From positions 241-64,240 of the forward strand of contig CAZNZL010000003.1 of assembly GCA_964577565.1 (NCBI GenBank): a DNA stretch of 64,000 bases, in the 5' to 3' direction. Below the pieces are notes generated by a model that was not told where the DNA came from, made no database searches, and saw only the letters and a list, made by a program, of their open reading frames with translations. The DNA is from an uncultured Candidatus Saccharibacteria bacterium (GTDB lineage: Bacteria; Patescibacteriota; Saccharimonadia; Saccharimonadales; JAGQNJ01). Shown here in pieces: positions 1 to 7,505 of the stretch (position 1 is its first letter; every line of letters starts with the position of its first letter). Position numbers and translations under genes: made by a program.

Positions 1-1
1 A

Positions 2-1825
2 TTCGAGGAACGACTTCAGTCAGTGCTAAAAGAAGTTGAGGAAGCTGCTGGTGAGATTATTCTTTTCATTGATGAAATACACACAATAGTAGGAGCCGGA
101 AAAGCAGAAGGTGCTGTAGATGCAGCTAATATGCTCAAGCCGATGATGGCACGGGGTAAACTGCATCTTATTGGCGCCACTACGCTCAACGAATATAGAC
201 AGTATATTGAAAAAGACGCCGCACTCGAGCGTCGCTTGCAGCCAGTATATGTTGGGGAGCCGGATTTTGAAGATACGGTAGCAATACTTCGCGGACTTCA
301 GGAAAAGTATGAAGTGCACCATGGAGTTATAATCCTTGATGATGCAATCGTAGCTGCTGCTCGACTCAGTGACCGTTACATTACCGAGCGATTTTTGCCC
401 GACAAGGCTGTCGATCTAATAGACGAAGCAACGTCCGCTTTGAAAATGCAGCTTGATTCTAAACCAATAGAGCTTGATCGTTTGAACAGACGTATTATGC
501 AACTGCAGATTGAACAAACGGCACTTAAGAAGGACAAGAGTGAGACTGCAAAAACCAGGAAAGCAGAAATAGAGAAAGAAATTGACTCTTTATCCCAACA
601 AGCAAAGACGCTTGAGTCTGCCTGGCAGAAAGAGAAAGAATTAATCGATAAACTGAACGCCGAGGGCGAGAAGCTTGAAGCCGCAAAGACAAAATTAGAA
701 TTAGCCGAAAACGAAAGTGATCTTGGCGCAGCAAGTCGAATTAAATACGGTGAAATCCCCGAAATTGAACAAAACATAGCTGAGTATCGACGGCAGATCA
801 ACATGATACCGGCAGATAAAAGGCTATTAAGAGATGAAGTGACTGCTGATGACATTGCATCGGTAGTGTCGCGGTGGACAGGCATACCGGTAGATCGACT
901 CAAAGAAAGTGAAACGAAGAAATTGAGCCATTTAGAAGATGATTTACATAAACGGGTTATTGGTCAGAATCGAGCGGTCGAATCCGTAGCAAATGCAATT
1001 AGGCGTTCACGAGCTGGAATAGGTGATCAAAGACGGCCTATCGGTTCTTTCTTATTCCTTGGCCCGACAGGTGTAGGAAAGACCGAACTTGCCAAAAGTC
1101 TGGCAGCGTCTTTATTTGATGATGAGCGAGCTATTACGCGAATTGACATGAGTGAATACATGGAAAAGCATGCGGTATCCCGATTGATTGGTTCCCCGCC
1201 AGGATACGTAGGATACGAACAAGGTGGTCAGCTGACTGAAGCCGTTCGGCGCAGGCCATATAGCATCATTCTCTTTGATGAAATCGAAAAAGCGCATCAG
1301 GATGTCTTTAATGTATTATTACAAGTATTGGATGATGGAAGGCTCACGGACGGTCAGGGGCGAACTGTGAACTTTTCTAACACCGTAATCATTATGACAA
1401 GTAATATAGGCTCGCAATATATTCAGGAGTGGGATGGCAACAATTTTGGTACTCTGGAGAACACGCTACAAAAAGAATTGACGGTCCATTTTCGTCCTGA
1501 GTTTATAAATCGTATTGATGATATTGTAATTTTTGACCGCATCAAAGAAGAAGACATGAAGCATATTGTTGAGGTACAGCTAGAGAGCATGCTTGCGGAG
1601 ATTGAAAAATCGAAAGGTATTAAAATTACTCTCACTTCAAATGCGAAAGAGGCGCTAGCTAAAGAGGGCTACGACGAGGCATTTGGCGCAAGACCGCTGA
1701 AGCGAGTTATACAAAAACGCATTCTCAACAAACTCGCTCGACAAATCATTGATGGTGGCGTAACAGAGAACTCGGAAGTTGCTGTTGATTATGATGGTGA
1801 AAATTTTGCAATAAAAATGAAATAA
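2..1825 (+). CDS. clpB: ClpB-type AAA+ disaggregase, C-terminal ~600 aa (5' end outside window)
   Basis: ORF is open to the window edge. It has a long coiled-coil middle domain, an NBD2 Walker A ([12 protein letters not shown]) and a Walker B ([11 protein letters not shown]). Confidence 0.93.
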   Translation, partial: FEERLQSVLKEVEEAAGEIILFIDEIHTIVGAGKAEGAVDAANMLKPMMARGKLHLIGATTLNEYRQYIEKDAALERRLQPVYVGEPDFEDTVAILRGLQEKYEVHHGVIILDDAIVAAARLSDRYITERFLPDKAVDLIDEATSALKMQLDSKPIELDRLNRRIMQLQIEQTALKKDKSETAKTRKAEIEKEIDSLSQQAKTLESAWQKEKELIDKLNAEGEKLEAAKTKLELAENESDLGAASRIKYGEIPEIEQNIAEYRRQINMIPADKRLLRDEVTADDIASVVSRWTGIPVDRLKESETKKLSHLEDDLHKRVIGQNRAVESVANAIRRSRAGIGDQRRPIGSFLFLGPTGVGKTELAKSLAASLFDDERAITRIDMSEYMEKHAVSRLIGSPPGYVGYEQGGQLTEAVRRRPYSIILFDEIEKAHQDVFNVLLQVLDDGRLTDGQGRTVNFSNTVIIMTSNIGSQYIQEWDGNNFGTLENTLQKELTVHFRPEFINRIDDIVIFDRIKEEDMKHIVEVQLESMLAEIEKSKGIKITLTSNAKEALAKEGYDEAFGARPLKRVIQKRILNKLARQIIDGGVTENSEVAVDYDGENFAIKMK

Positions 1826-1885
1826 CTTGATTAATAACAGATGTAAGCTAAAGTAAAGCGAGCCTAAAGTTAGGTGGTAGTTTCG

Positions 1886-1913
1886 CTTGGTTCGAATCCA
1901 GTTCCCGGAGCCA
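1886..1913 (+). pseudogene. tRNA-derived 3' fragment: T-arm with GGTTCGAATCC loop, acceptor 3' strand, G discriminator and CCA, but no matching 5' half
   Basis: Sequence is cttgg-TTCGAAT-ccagt-tcccgga-g-CCA. No complementary TCCGGGA lies within 80 nt upstream. Confidence 0.5.
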
Positions 1914-2026
1914 AAGCAGAGAAGTGAAAGTCTGTACCGAAAAATGATTCCGGCATTCTACATGCTCCGAACAAAAGTGAGGTCGAGAACAAGTAGCAGA
2001 AATAACAGTAATATTATAATAAATAT

Positions 2027-2827
2027 ATGTTACTCTATGGCAGACCATACTTTGTTAACGAAGATGATCCAAGGCAATTGCCCCGATTGCTTGAGGGAGA
2101 CCCCGAGAGAGATAGAGCTTCTGAATACGAAGCCTTATTCATGGGCGAACCATGCTGGGCCCCTGTACTTGCAGCAACTATTTTTACAGCAGACAGTAAT
2201 GGTATTGCAGAGATCCTTGTGGCAGTTCGCGATCCCGAAACCAACATTACACACCCAAACGTTGTCAGTACGCCAACTAGGAGACTTACGCCCGAAGCTT
2301 TTGCACTTGCGGCTGCAGCAGTTCCCGTAATCGAACAGACCCCGCGTCGCCATAAATTTTTAATTGACCGAGGTTGGCGTCGTTCTACGAGTGATGCAGA
2401 TAATGATTGGACTGGCATACAGTGGGAAATTGATATGCTGCTGCAAGACAAATTAGGTGTTCCCTTTGGGGGTCGCAATAGTACGGTACTGGGTTACAGG
2501 CCGGCACAGCATGCAGTGACACTAGGGAATAGTCGTGTTGGTGTTGATGAATATGGCAGAGATGTTATAGAAAAAGTAGCAATGTTAAATGTGCTTGTAC
2601 AAACCACGACAAGCCAGAAGGAGCTTTTTGCTGAGTCGACTGAGCACTACAGAGATATAAGATGGGTATCCCCTGATCAATATCGCGACATGCAGGCAAG
2701 AAAAAACCTATTACCTGTATTCGATGAAATGGCTGCCGAGCTCTGTATTCATGGAGTATGTATTGCAACTAGTCGTTCTGCACTTGATGATATGGAATCT
2801 TTGATAAGGCTAGCTTCAAGCCGGTAA
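2027..2827 (+). CDS. hypothetical protein (266 aa)
   Basis: Long ORF. TATAAT at 2015-2020 sits 6 nt before the ATG, matching the leaderless layout. No family recognised. Confidence 0.7.
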   Translation: MLLYGRPYFVNEDDPRQLPRLLEGDPERDRASEYEALFMGEPCWAPVLAATIFTADSNGIAEILVAVRDPETNITHPNVVSTPTRRLTPEAFALAAAAVPVIEQTPRRHKFLIDRGWRRSTSDADNDWTGIQWEIDMLLQDKLGVPFGGRNSTVLGYRPAQHAVTLGNSRVGVDEYGRDVIEKVAMLNVLVQTTTSQKELFAESTEHYRDIRWVSPDQYRDMQARKNLLPVFDEMAAELCIHGVCIATSRSALDDMESLIRLASSR

Positions 2828-2912
2828 AATCCGAAACATTACTTTCATACTGCTTGATCACTTTTATAACTTTATCTACCGCTATGGCGGGTTTAGCTTT
2901 ACAATGCCAACT

Positions 2913-3479
2913 ATGATAAAGGCGATTATTTTTGATTGTTTTGGTGTTTTAGTTCGCGGAACACTGGTTTCATTTAATGAAACGTACCTAAAAAATAACC
3001 CAGCGTTGGTGTCAAAAGTGTGGGAGCTAGACAGGAAATCAAACCTCGGGGACTTATCGTATCAAGATTTTGTTGATTGTTTAGCAAAACTTGCAAAAAT
3101 TTCTGTTGAAGAGACTCAGGCGTTTTTAGACCATACACCGCCTAATGTAGAGCTCCTTGAGTACATTAAAAACTTAAAGAAAACGTATAAAATTGGTATG
3201 CTATCAAATGCCTCTCAAAACTGGTTGTCGGAGCTATTTACGCCAGATCAGCTTGAGTTGTTTGATGATACCGTTATTTCGTCTGAAGTCTATATGGCAA
3301 AGCCAGACCCGGCTATCTTTAGGTTGGCGGCACAACGTCTGGGCTGCAAAACAGAAGAGTGTGTTATGGTGGATGATTTAGAGCGCTACTGCTTGGCGGC
3401 AGAAGAAGTTGGTATGTACGCCGTGCACTACAAAGACTTTAGCTCGTTTAAAAAAGAGTTAAAAAAGATTTTGCCGTAA
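2913..3479 (+). CDS. HAD-superfamily hydrolase
   Basis: N-terminal IIFDCFGVLV motif I variant and a late MVDD motif. TACAAT at 2900-2905 lies 7 nt before the ATG at 2913. An alternative ATG at 2904 overlaps the -10 box. Confidence 0.8.
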   Translation: MIKAIIFDCFGVLVRGTLVSFNETYLKNNPALVSKVWELDRKSNLGDLSYQDFVDCLAKLAKISVEETQAFLDHTPPNVELLEYIKNLKKTYKIGMLSNASQNWLSELFTPDQLELFDDTVISSEVYMAKPDPAIFRLAAQRLGCKTEECVMVDDLERYCLAAEEVGMYAVHYKDFSSFKKELKKILP

Positions 3480-3506
3480 GCGTTATAGCTGTCACAATAG
3501 AAGTAG

Positions 3507-3716
3507 ATGGCAGAAAAACCAAAACCACCACATCATATTGCGCCAGTTGATGTTTCTAGCTCGGAAGGCAAAGTTGTGCACGCTGTCAATGTAGGGCGTG
3601 AAAGCGGTTTTGGAATGGTGGTTATCTTATCGGCCGTAGAAAGAGAAGATGTTTTTCCAGAGTTGTATGGCTCAGCGGCTGATGCGGATGATAAGCCGCG
3701 CCGAGCTACCGGTTAA
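3507..3716 (+). CDS. small hypothetical protein (69 aa)
   Basis: Extended -10 (TGtCACAAT, 3490-3498) lies 8 nt before the ATG. The 3' end overlaps the convergent gene by 45 nt. Confidence 0.4.
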   Translation: MAEKPKPPHHIAPVDVSSSEGKVVHAVNVGRESGFGMVVILSAVEREDVFPELYGSAADADDKPRRATG

Positions 3717-3920
3717 TTGCTGTAAGTCATAAATATCAAAACGTAAATTGCCGGCAATGGCAGCATTGGGCACGCCAATAGTAAGACCTGATTTGCTTAC
3801 CGACAATTTTGGTGTGACTGAGTATTTATCTTGTACAAATTTACGAATAATTATAAATTCTTCTGGCTCATTGCTGGCTTGGCCGCGTTTCTTAAGGATG
3901 TCTCCGAGTGAATTGCTCAT
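3672..3920 (-). CDS. DUF721/DciA-like small protein
   Basis: MSNSLGDIL start and a C-terminal L.IGV.NAA.A..LRF...L pattern typical of DUF721. A TATACT box lies 7 nt upstream of this ATG. The ORF-track start at 3965 is rejected. Confidence 0.55.
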   Translation of the reverse strand: MSNSLGDILKKRGQASNEPEEFIIIRKFVQDKYSVTPKLSVSKSGLTIGVPNAAIAGNLRFDIYDLQQLTGSSARLIIRISR

Positions 3921-4000
3921 AGGTTTTAGTATAAACCAGGCTGGTGTAGTAATTATTATTTGCAAGACTTTTTGAGCGAAGGCGTTGTTACAATAGAGGT

Positions 4001-5074
4001 ATGCCAGAATTGCCAGAGGTAGAAACTATTAAAACTGGCCTGCAGCGTTTGCTGCCAGGTCGCATTATTGTTGATGTCGCGTTTGATTGGGATAAAAGCT
4101 TTCCAAACGCGGCAGCGGATGTTGAGACGTTTTTAATCGGGGCTACTATTGAACGCGTAAAACGCCGGGCCAAAGTGCTGTTAATTGAGTTAAGTACAAA
4201 ATATAGCTTAATTATTCATCTAAAAATGACGGGGCAGCTGGTGTTTGTCGGTAAGGCGATTGGCGATGCAACTCGTAAGGCATCCAGCGGTTTTGCAGGC
4301 GAGCATAATATTGGTGCGTCAGCGAGCAACGGAGCGAAACGTACAGCCGGTACGAAGAAGCGAGTAGCACAAGCTGCAAACCAAAAGTATGCCGCCAGCC
4401 AAGCTACTCAGGTTACTGGATCAGCTGAGCTGCTTGGCGATGCAACTCGCTGGGGCGGGGGCCACCCTAACGATTCGTTAATAGGCAACCTTCCCGATAA
4501 ATCTACTCGCGTAATATTGACGTTTAAAGATGGTGCACATCTTTACTTTAATGACTTTAGAAAATTTGGTTGGATGCGATTACTGCCAACGGCCGAAGTA
4601 CCCAACATCGATTTCTTTAAAAAAGTTGGCCCCGAACCACTGAGTAAAAACACTACGGCCAAAGAATTTATTACGCGTATTCGGCGCCGAGCGAATACTT
4701 CTATAAAGGCGGCACTGCTCGACCAGACTGTTATTGCGGGGGTTGGCAATATTTATGCTGACGAAGCGCTATTTGCTGCTAAAATTCACCCCGCTACGCG
4801 CGTAAAACTCGTAAGCGACAAAAAACTACACACGCTTTTAAAAGAGCTGCGCGCGGTACTGCAGCTAAGCATCGATAAGGGCGGCTCAAGCGATAAAAAT
4901 TATGTTAACGCCGAGGGTAAAAAGGGCAGTTATTTAAGTTTTGCCCAAGTATTTCGACGCCAAGGCCAACCGTGCCCGCGCTGTGGCCATATAATAGAAA
5001 AGATTAAGGTTGCAGGCCGCGGGACACACATTTGCCCACATGAGCAACGATTGCCAAAGGAAGACAATGATTAA
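4001..5074 (+). CDS. mutM: formamidopyrimidine-DNA glycosylase with a 58-aa low-complexity insertion
   Basis: MPELPEVET N-terminus, H2TH region (VGNIYADEALF) and a C-terminal CPRCG...ICPH zinc-finger-like end. Confidence 0.9.
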   Translation: MPELPEVETIKTGLQRLLPGRIIVDVAFDWDKSFPNAAADVETFLIGATIERVKRRAKVLLIELSTKYSLIIHLKMTGQLVFVGKAIGDATRKASSGFAGEHNIGASASNGAKRTAGTKKRVAQAANQKYAASQATQVTGSAELLGDATRWGGGHPNDSLIGNLPDKSTRVILTFKDGAHLYFNDFRKFGWMRLLPTAEVPNIDFFKKVGPEPLSKNTTAKEFITRIRRRANTSIKAALLDQTVIAGVGNIYADEALFAAKIHPATRVKLVSDKKLHTLLKELRAVLQLSIDKGGSSDKNYVNAEGKKGSYLSFAQVFRRQGQPCPRCGHIIEKIKVAGRGTHICPHEQRLPKEDND

Positions 5075-5981
5075 ATTTTTTACCGGCGCTAATAAGCACG
5101 AACTTACGCAAGCACTTCAGCAAGCGGTGGCGGGTTTTGTAAAACGCCACGGCGACTTGGCGGTAGAGCGTATTGACGCAGAAGAGGCTAATCCAGATCA
5201 AATAATAGAAGCTACGCAAAGTGTATCGTTTTTGGCGCCTGCCAAAATGATAGTTATTTCTAATGCCAACGGCAAAGATTTGCTTGAAAAACTGGTTGAA
5301 CTTGAAGTAGTTGATACAACCGAGGTAATTGCGGTTATACCAAAAGTAGATAAACGTGCCCAGTATTATAAAAAACTGCAAAAGCACCCAGACTTTACAT
5401 TGTTTGAAGAGGTTGCACCACAACAATTACCAAAATGGTTGCAAGCGCAAGTAGTTGCAGGCGGCGGCACTATTTCTCTGGCGGATGCGCGCTATCTTAT
5501 TGAGCGGGTGGGGACTAATCAGTTGCAACTTAGTAATGAAGTTCAAAAATTACTTTTATATAACGACACAATTACCAAAAGTTCGATCGATGCCTTAACG
5601 GAACCCTTACCACAAACCACGGTTTTTCAGCTTATAGAAGCGGCTTTTGGTGGCAACCTCAGGCGCGCAATAGAAATTTACCACGAACAACGCGCACAAA
5701 AAGTAGAACCACATGCGATTGTTGGCATGATCGCCTGGCAGCTACATATTTTGGCGGTTATCAAGGCAGCGGGTAATAGGCCGCAAGATGAGATCGCCAA
5801 ACAAGCCAAGCTAAACCCCTTCGTTGTAAAGAAAAGCTCAGCAATTGCTAAACGAATGTCGCTAACAACCATAAAACAACTTGTGAGCGATGCCATTGCA
5901 CTTGATAAAGCGCTAAAAACCACCTCGATCGATGCTGACGAAGCCGTCCAGACCTATTTATTGAAGTTGCCTATTTCTTAG
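5067..5981 (+). CDS. holA: DNA polymerase III delta subunit
   Basis: Size, position and a delta-like N-terminal pattern. ATGATTAA overlaps the mutM stop. The upstream TTG at 5010 is rejected. Confidence 0.7.
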   Translation: MIKFFTGANKHELTQALQQAVAGFVKRHGDLAVERIDAEEANPDQIIEATQSVSFLAPAKMIVISNANGKDLLEKLVELEVVDTTEVIAVIPKVDKRAQYYKKLQKHPDFTLFEEVAPQQLPKWLQAQVVAGGGTISLADARYLIERVGTNQLQLSNEVQKLLLYNDTITKSSIDALTEPLPQTTVFQLIEAAFGGNLRRAIEIYHEQRAQKVEPHAIVGMIAWQLHILAVIKAAGNRPQDEIAKQAKLNPFVVKKSSAIAKRMSLTTIKQLVSDAIALDKALKTTSIDADEAVQTYLLKLPIS

Positions 5982-6348
5982 TAGGGGTCTTTTTTGCGGC
6001 TGGTTTTTTAGCCACAGGTTTCTTGGCAGGAGCTTTTTTGGTTGCTGCAGGCTTAGTAGCTTTTTTGGCAGCAGCTGAGGTTGGTTTAACGCCGGCAGCT
6101 TTAGCAGCTTCGGCAAGTTTAGCTTTTTTACGGGCAGCTGTATTTTTATGAAGCACGCCTTTTTTTACCGCTGTATCAATAGCACTTTGAGCTTCTTTTT
6201 GAAGTTCAGGAGCTTTCTTTTTATCGCTAATCAGGCTAGCGAGAAACGCTTTGGTTGCGCCGCGGTAGCTTCGCTTAGTTTTACGGTTGCGAATAGTTGC
6301 TTTTGTGGCAACTCGAACACGCTTTTTTGCAGATTTGATAATTGGCAT
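5971..6348 (-). CDS. rpsT: 30S ribosomal protein S20 with an Ala/Lys/Pro-rich C-terminal extension
   Basis: MPIIKSAKKRVRV... S20 signature. The tail is AAKKATKPAATKKAPAKKPVAKKPAAKK. Confidence 0.92.
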   Translation of the reverse strand: MPIIKSAKKRVRVATKATIRNRKTKRSYRGATKAFLASLISDKKKAPELQKEAQSAIDTAVKKGVLHKNTAARKKAKLAEAAKAAGVKPTSAAAKKATKPAATKKAPAKKPVAKKPAAKKTPTKK

Positions 6349-6387
6349 TAAGTATCCTCTTTAGATTTAATAATGTATATCAGAGAA

Positions 6388-6416
6388 ACTATAGCGCATT
6401 ACCTCTGTTTTGTAAA
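6388..6416 (-). promoter_or_regulatory. rpsT promoter (TTTACA-17-TATAGT on the minus strand)
   Basis: Hexamers at 6411-6416 and 6388-6393 with a 17-nt spacer. An AAGAGGA Shine-Dalgarno sequence lies before the ATG. Confidence 0.6.
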
Positions 6417-6455
6417 GAGGCTTACCGCGGGCCTTATCCGCCTTCTAGAAATCCC

Positions 6456-6549
6456 GTTTCGCTCGCTTGCTAACGCAAGCTACGAGCGACCCACTTTTCT
6501 CAGTAGCAAGAAAAGATGGGGCAAAAGTGCCACTGGCGACTGTCAGTTC
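6456..6549 (-). repeat. structured intergenic repeat family 1, copy A
   Basis: About 95% identical over ~95 nt to the reverse complement of 21689-21783. Contains two strong hairpins. Confidence 0.85.
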
Positions 6550-6693
6550 TTGGCTTGTTCGTTGTTAAGAGCTACCATACTTGTCACTGTGTTGTAGGGT
6601 TATATCACGCCTACAACTTCGCAACTACGCTCTAATGGTAGCTTTAACACTCACTAGTCCAGGAACTGTCAGAGCCAGGAATAGAGGCGATCC

Positions 6694-7077
6694 TTACACG
6701 TATGGGTTATCAAAAAGTTGTTTTAGGTTCAGCTGTTTAGGGTGAATGCCCTGGCTTTCGGCAAATTGTACTATGGTATCAAGCTCATCCTTATTATTCG
6801 CAGCGAACAGGATTGCCCTTGGTAGTACAATATACAGCCTGTCTTTATTAACTAAATGAAAATACCATCCTGGAGTCTTTAAATTCTGTGCCACTTTTTC
6901 AAGAACAACCCATAGTTTATGCTCTTCAACGTCAATGTTATAAAACGTGACTACTCCCCGAAAAGACTCACCTTCAAGTTTGGTCTTGCGCGATCCGACT
7001 ACTTTAGTACTTTTCAAAATCTCAACAGAGTTTTCAACCGATTCTGCAATAAGTACACCTTTATAGATTACGGACAT
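6694..7077 (-). CDS. hypothetical protein (127 aa)
   Basis: Clean ORF with no recognised family. Confidence 0.65.
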   Translation of the reverse strand: MSVIYKGVLIAESVENSVEILKSTKVVGSRKTKLEGESFRGVVTFYNIDVEEHKLWVVLEKVAQNLKTPGWYFHLVNKDRLYIVLPRAILFAANNKDELDTIVQFAESQGIHPKQLNLKQLFDNPYV

Positions 7078-7261
7078 GCAATTATTGTATCATTCCTGAT
7101 AGTTAGATGTTCTCCGCGGCTTTCTTTGTGTGGCTTGGCTTGCTCCTGGTACAAGGTGCGTCAAAAATACAATTAAAGCCTGAGGACTTGTTTGATCCGG
7201 CAAATGCCGGGGAGTTGTCCGAAGCATTGTATTTATTGACAAGCACCTTGCCAAGAGTAAA

Positions 7262-7344
7262 CCATTGCCACGAGGGGTTTTGCCTTCTTTTGACCCAAGT
7301 GCAAAAGAAGGTCGCTGGTAGCTTGCGTTAGCAAGCGGGCGAAA
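7262..7344 (+). repeat. structured intergenic repeat family 1, diverged copy C
   Basis: Same architecture as 21689-21783. The first hairpin stem is rewritten with compensatory changes (CCTTCTTTTG/CAAAAGAAGG). Confidence 0.7.
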
Positions 7345-7505
7345 GAATAAGTATTCACAAAACTTGTCCGGCCGGACAAAAAGTGAGAATAATTATTGCC
7401 GAAACAAAAAGAAACATGAAGCTTGGTTCTTTGCTCAAGAGCGCTACTCTAGACATGGCAACCCGGTTATGGTAGTCTGACAATATATTCTAACGAAACA
7501 AAAAA

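Noticed and set aside
376-903. Numerous antisense or out-of-frame ORFs inside long genes (for example 376-903, 8216-8695, 11858-12529, 14455-14883, 19722-20087, 35969-36370 and 57021-57482)
   Set aside because: They lie entirely within well-supported genes on the opposite strand or in another frame. They have low-complexity, atypical composition and no start signals.
1886-1913. tmRNA (ssrA) 3' tRNA-like end, or the acceptor piece of a permuted two-piece tmRNA
   Set aside because: The acceptor strand TCCCGGA with discriminator G cannot form the G3-U70 alanine identity pair. It also lacks the A73 expected for tmRNA. There is no room for the ~350-nt body upstream because clpB ends at 1825, and no convincing tag reading frame lies downstream.
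5010-5066. Upstream alternative starts offered by the ORF track (holA TTG 5010, pnp TTG 10578, minor pilin TTG 46042, PilX-like TTG 48127, PpiC 52078, Crp 27161, hydrolase 17491)
   Set aside because: Each extension overlaps the preceding gene, or a promoter or operator. Each adds non-conserved-looking residues ahead of an ATG that has a proper Shine-Dalgarno sequence or a -10 box at leaderless spacing.
6373-6597. ORF-track 'proteins' at 6373-6597 (+), 21578-21814 (-) and 21591-21818 (+) that share the peptide RPTFLSSKKRWGKSATGDCQF
   Set aside because: The shared peptide comes from translating the family-1 DNA repeat. The repeat is hairpin-rich, sits upstream of promoters and has no start context. 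I treat it as non-coding.
7362-7385. The perfect 16-bp palindrome TTGTCCGGCCGGACAA as an intrinsic terminator
   Set aside because: There is no U-tract on the plus strand. The T-run on the minus strand would terminate transcripts that have no obvious source. Its function is unclear, so I did not annotate it.
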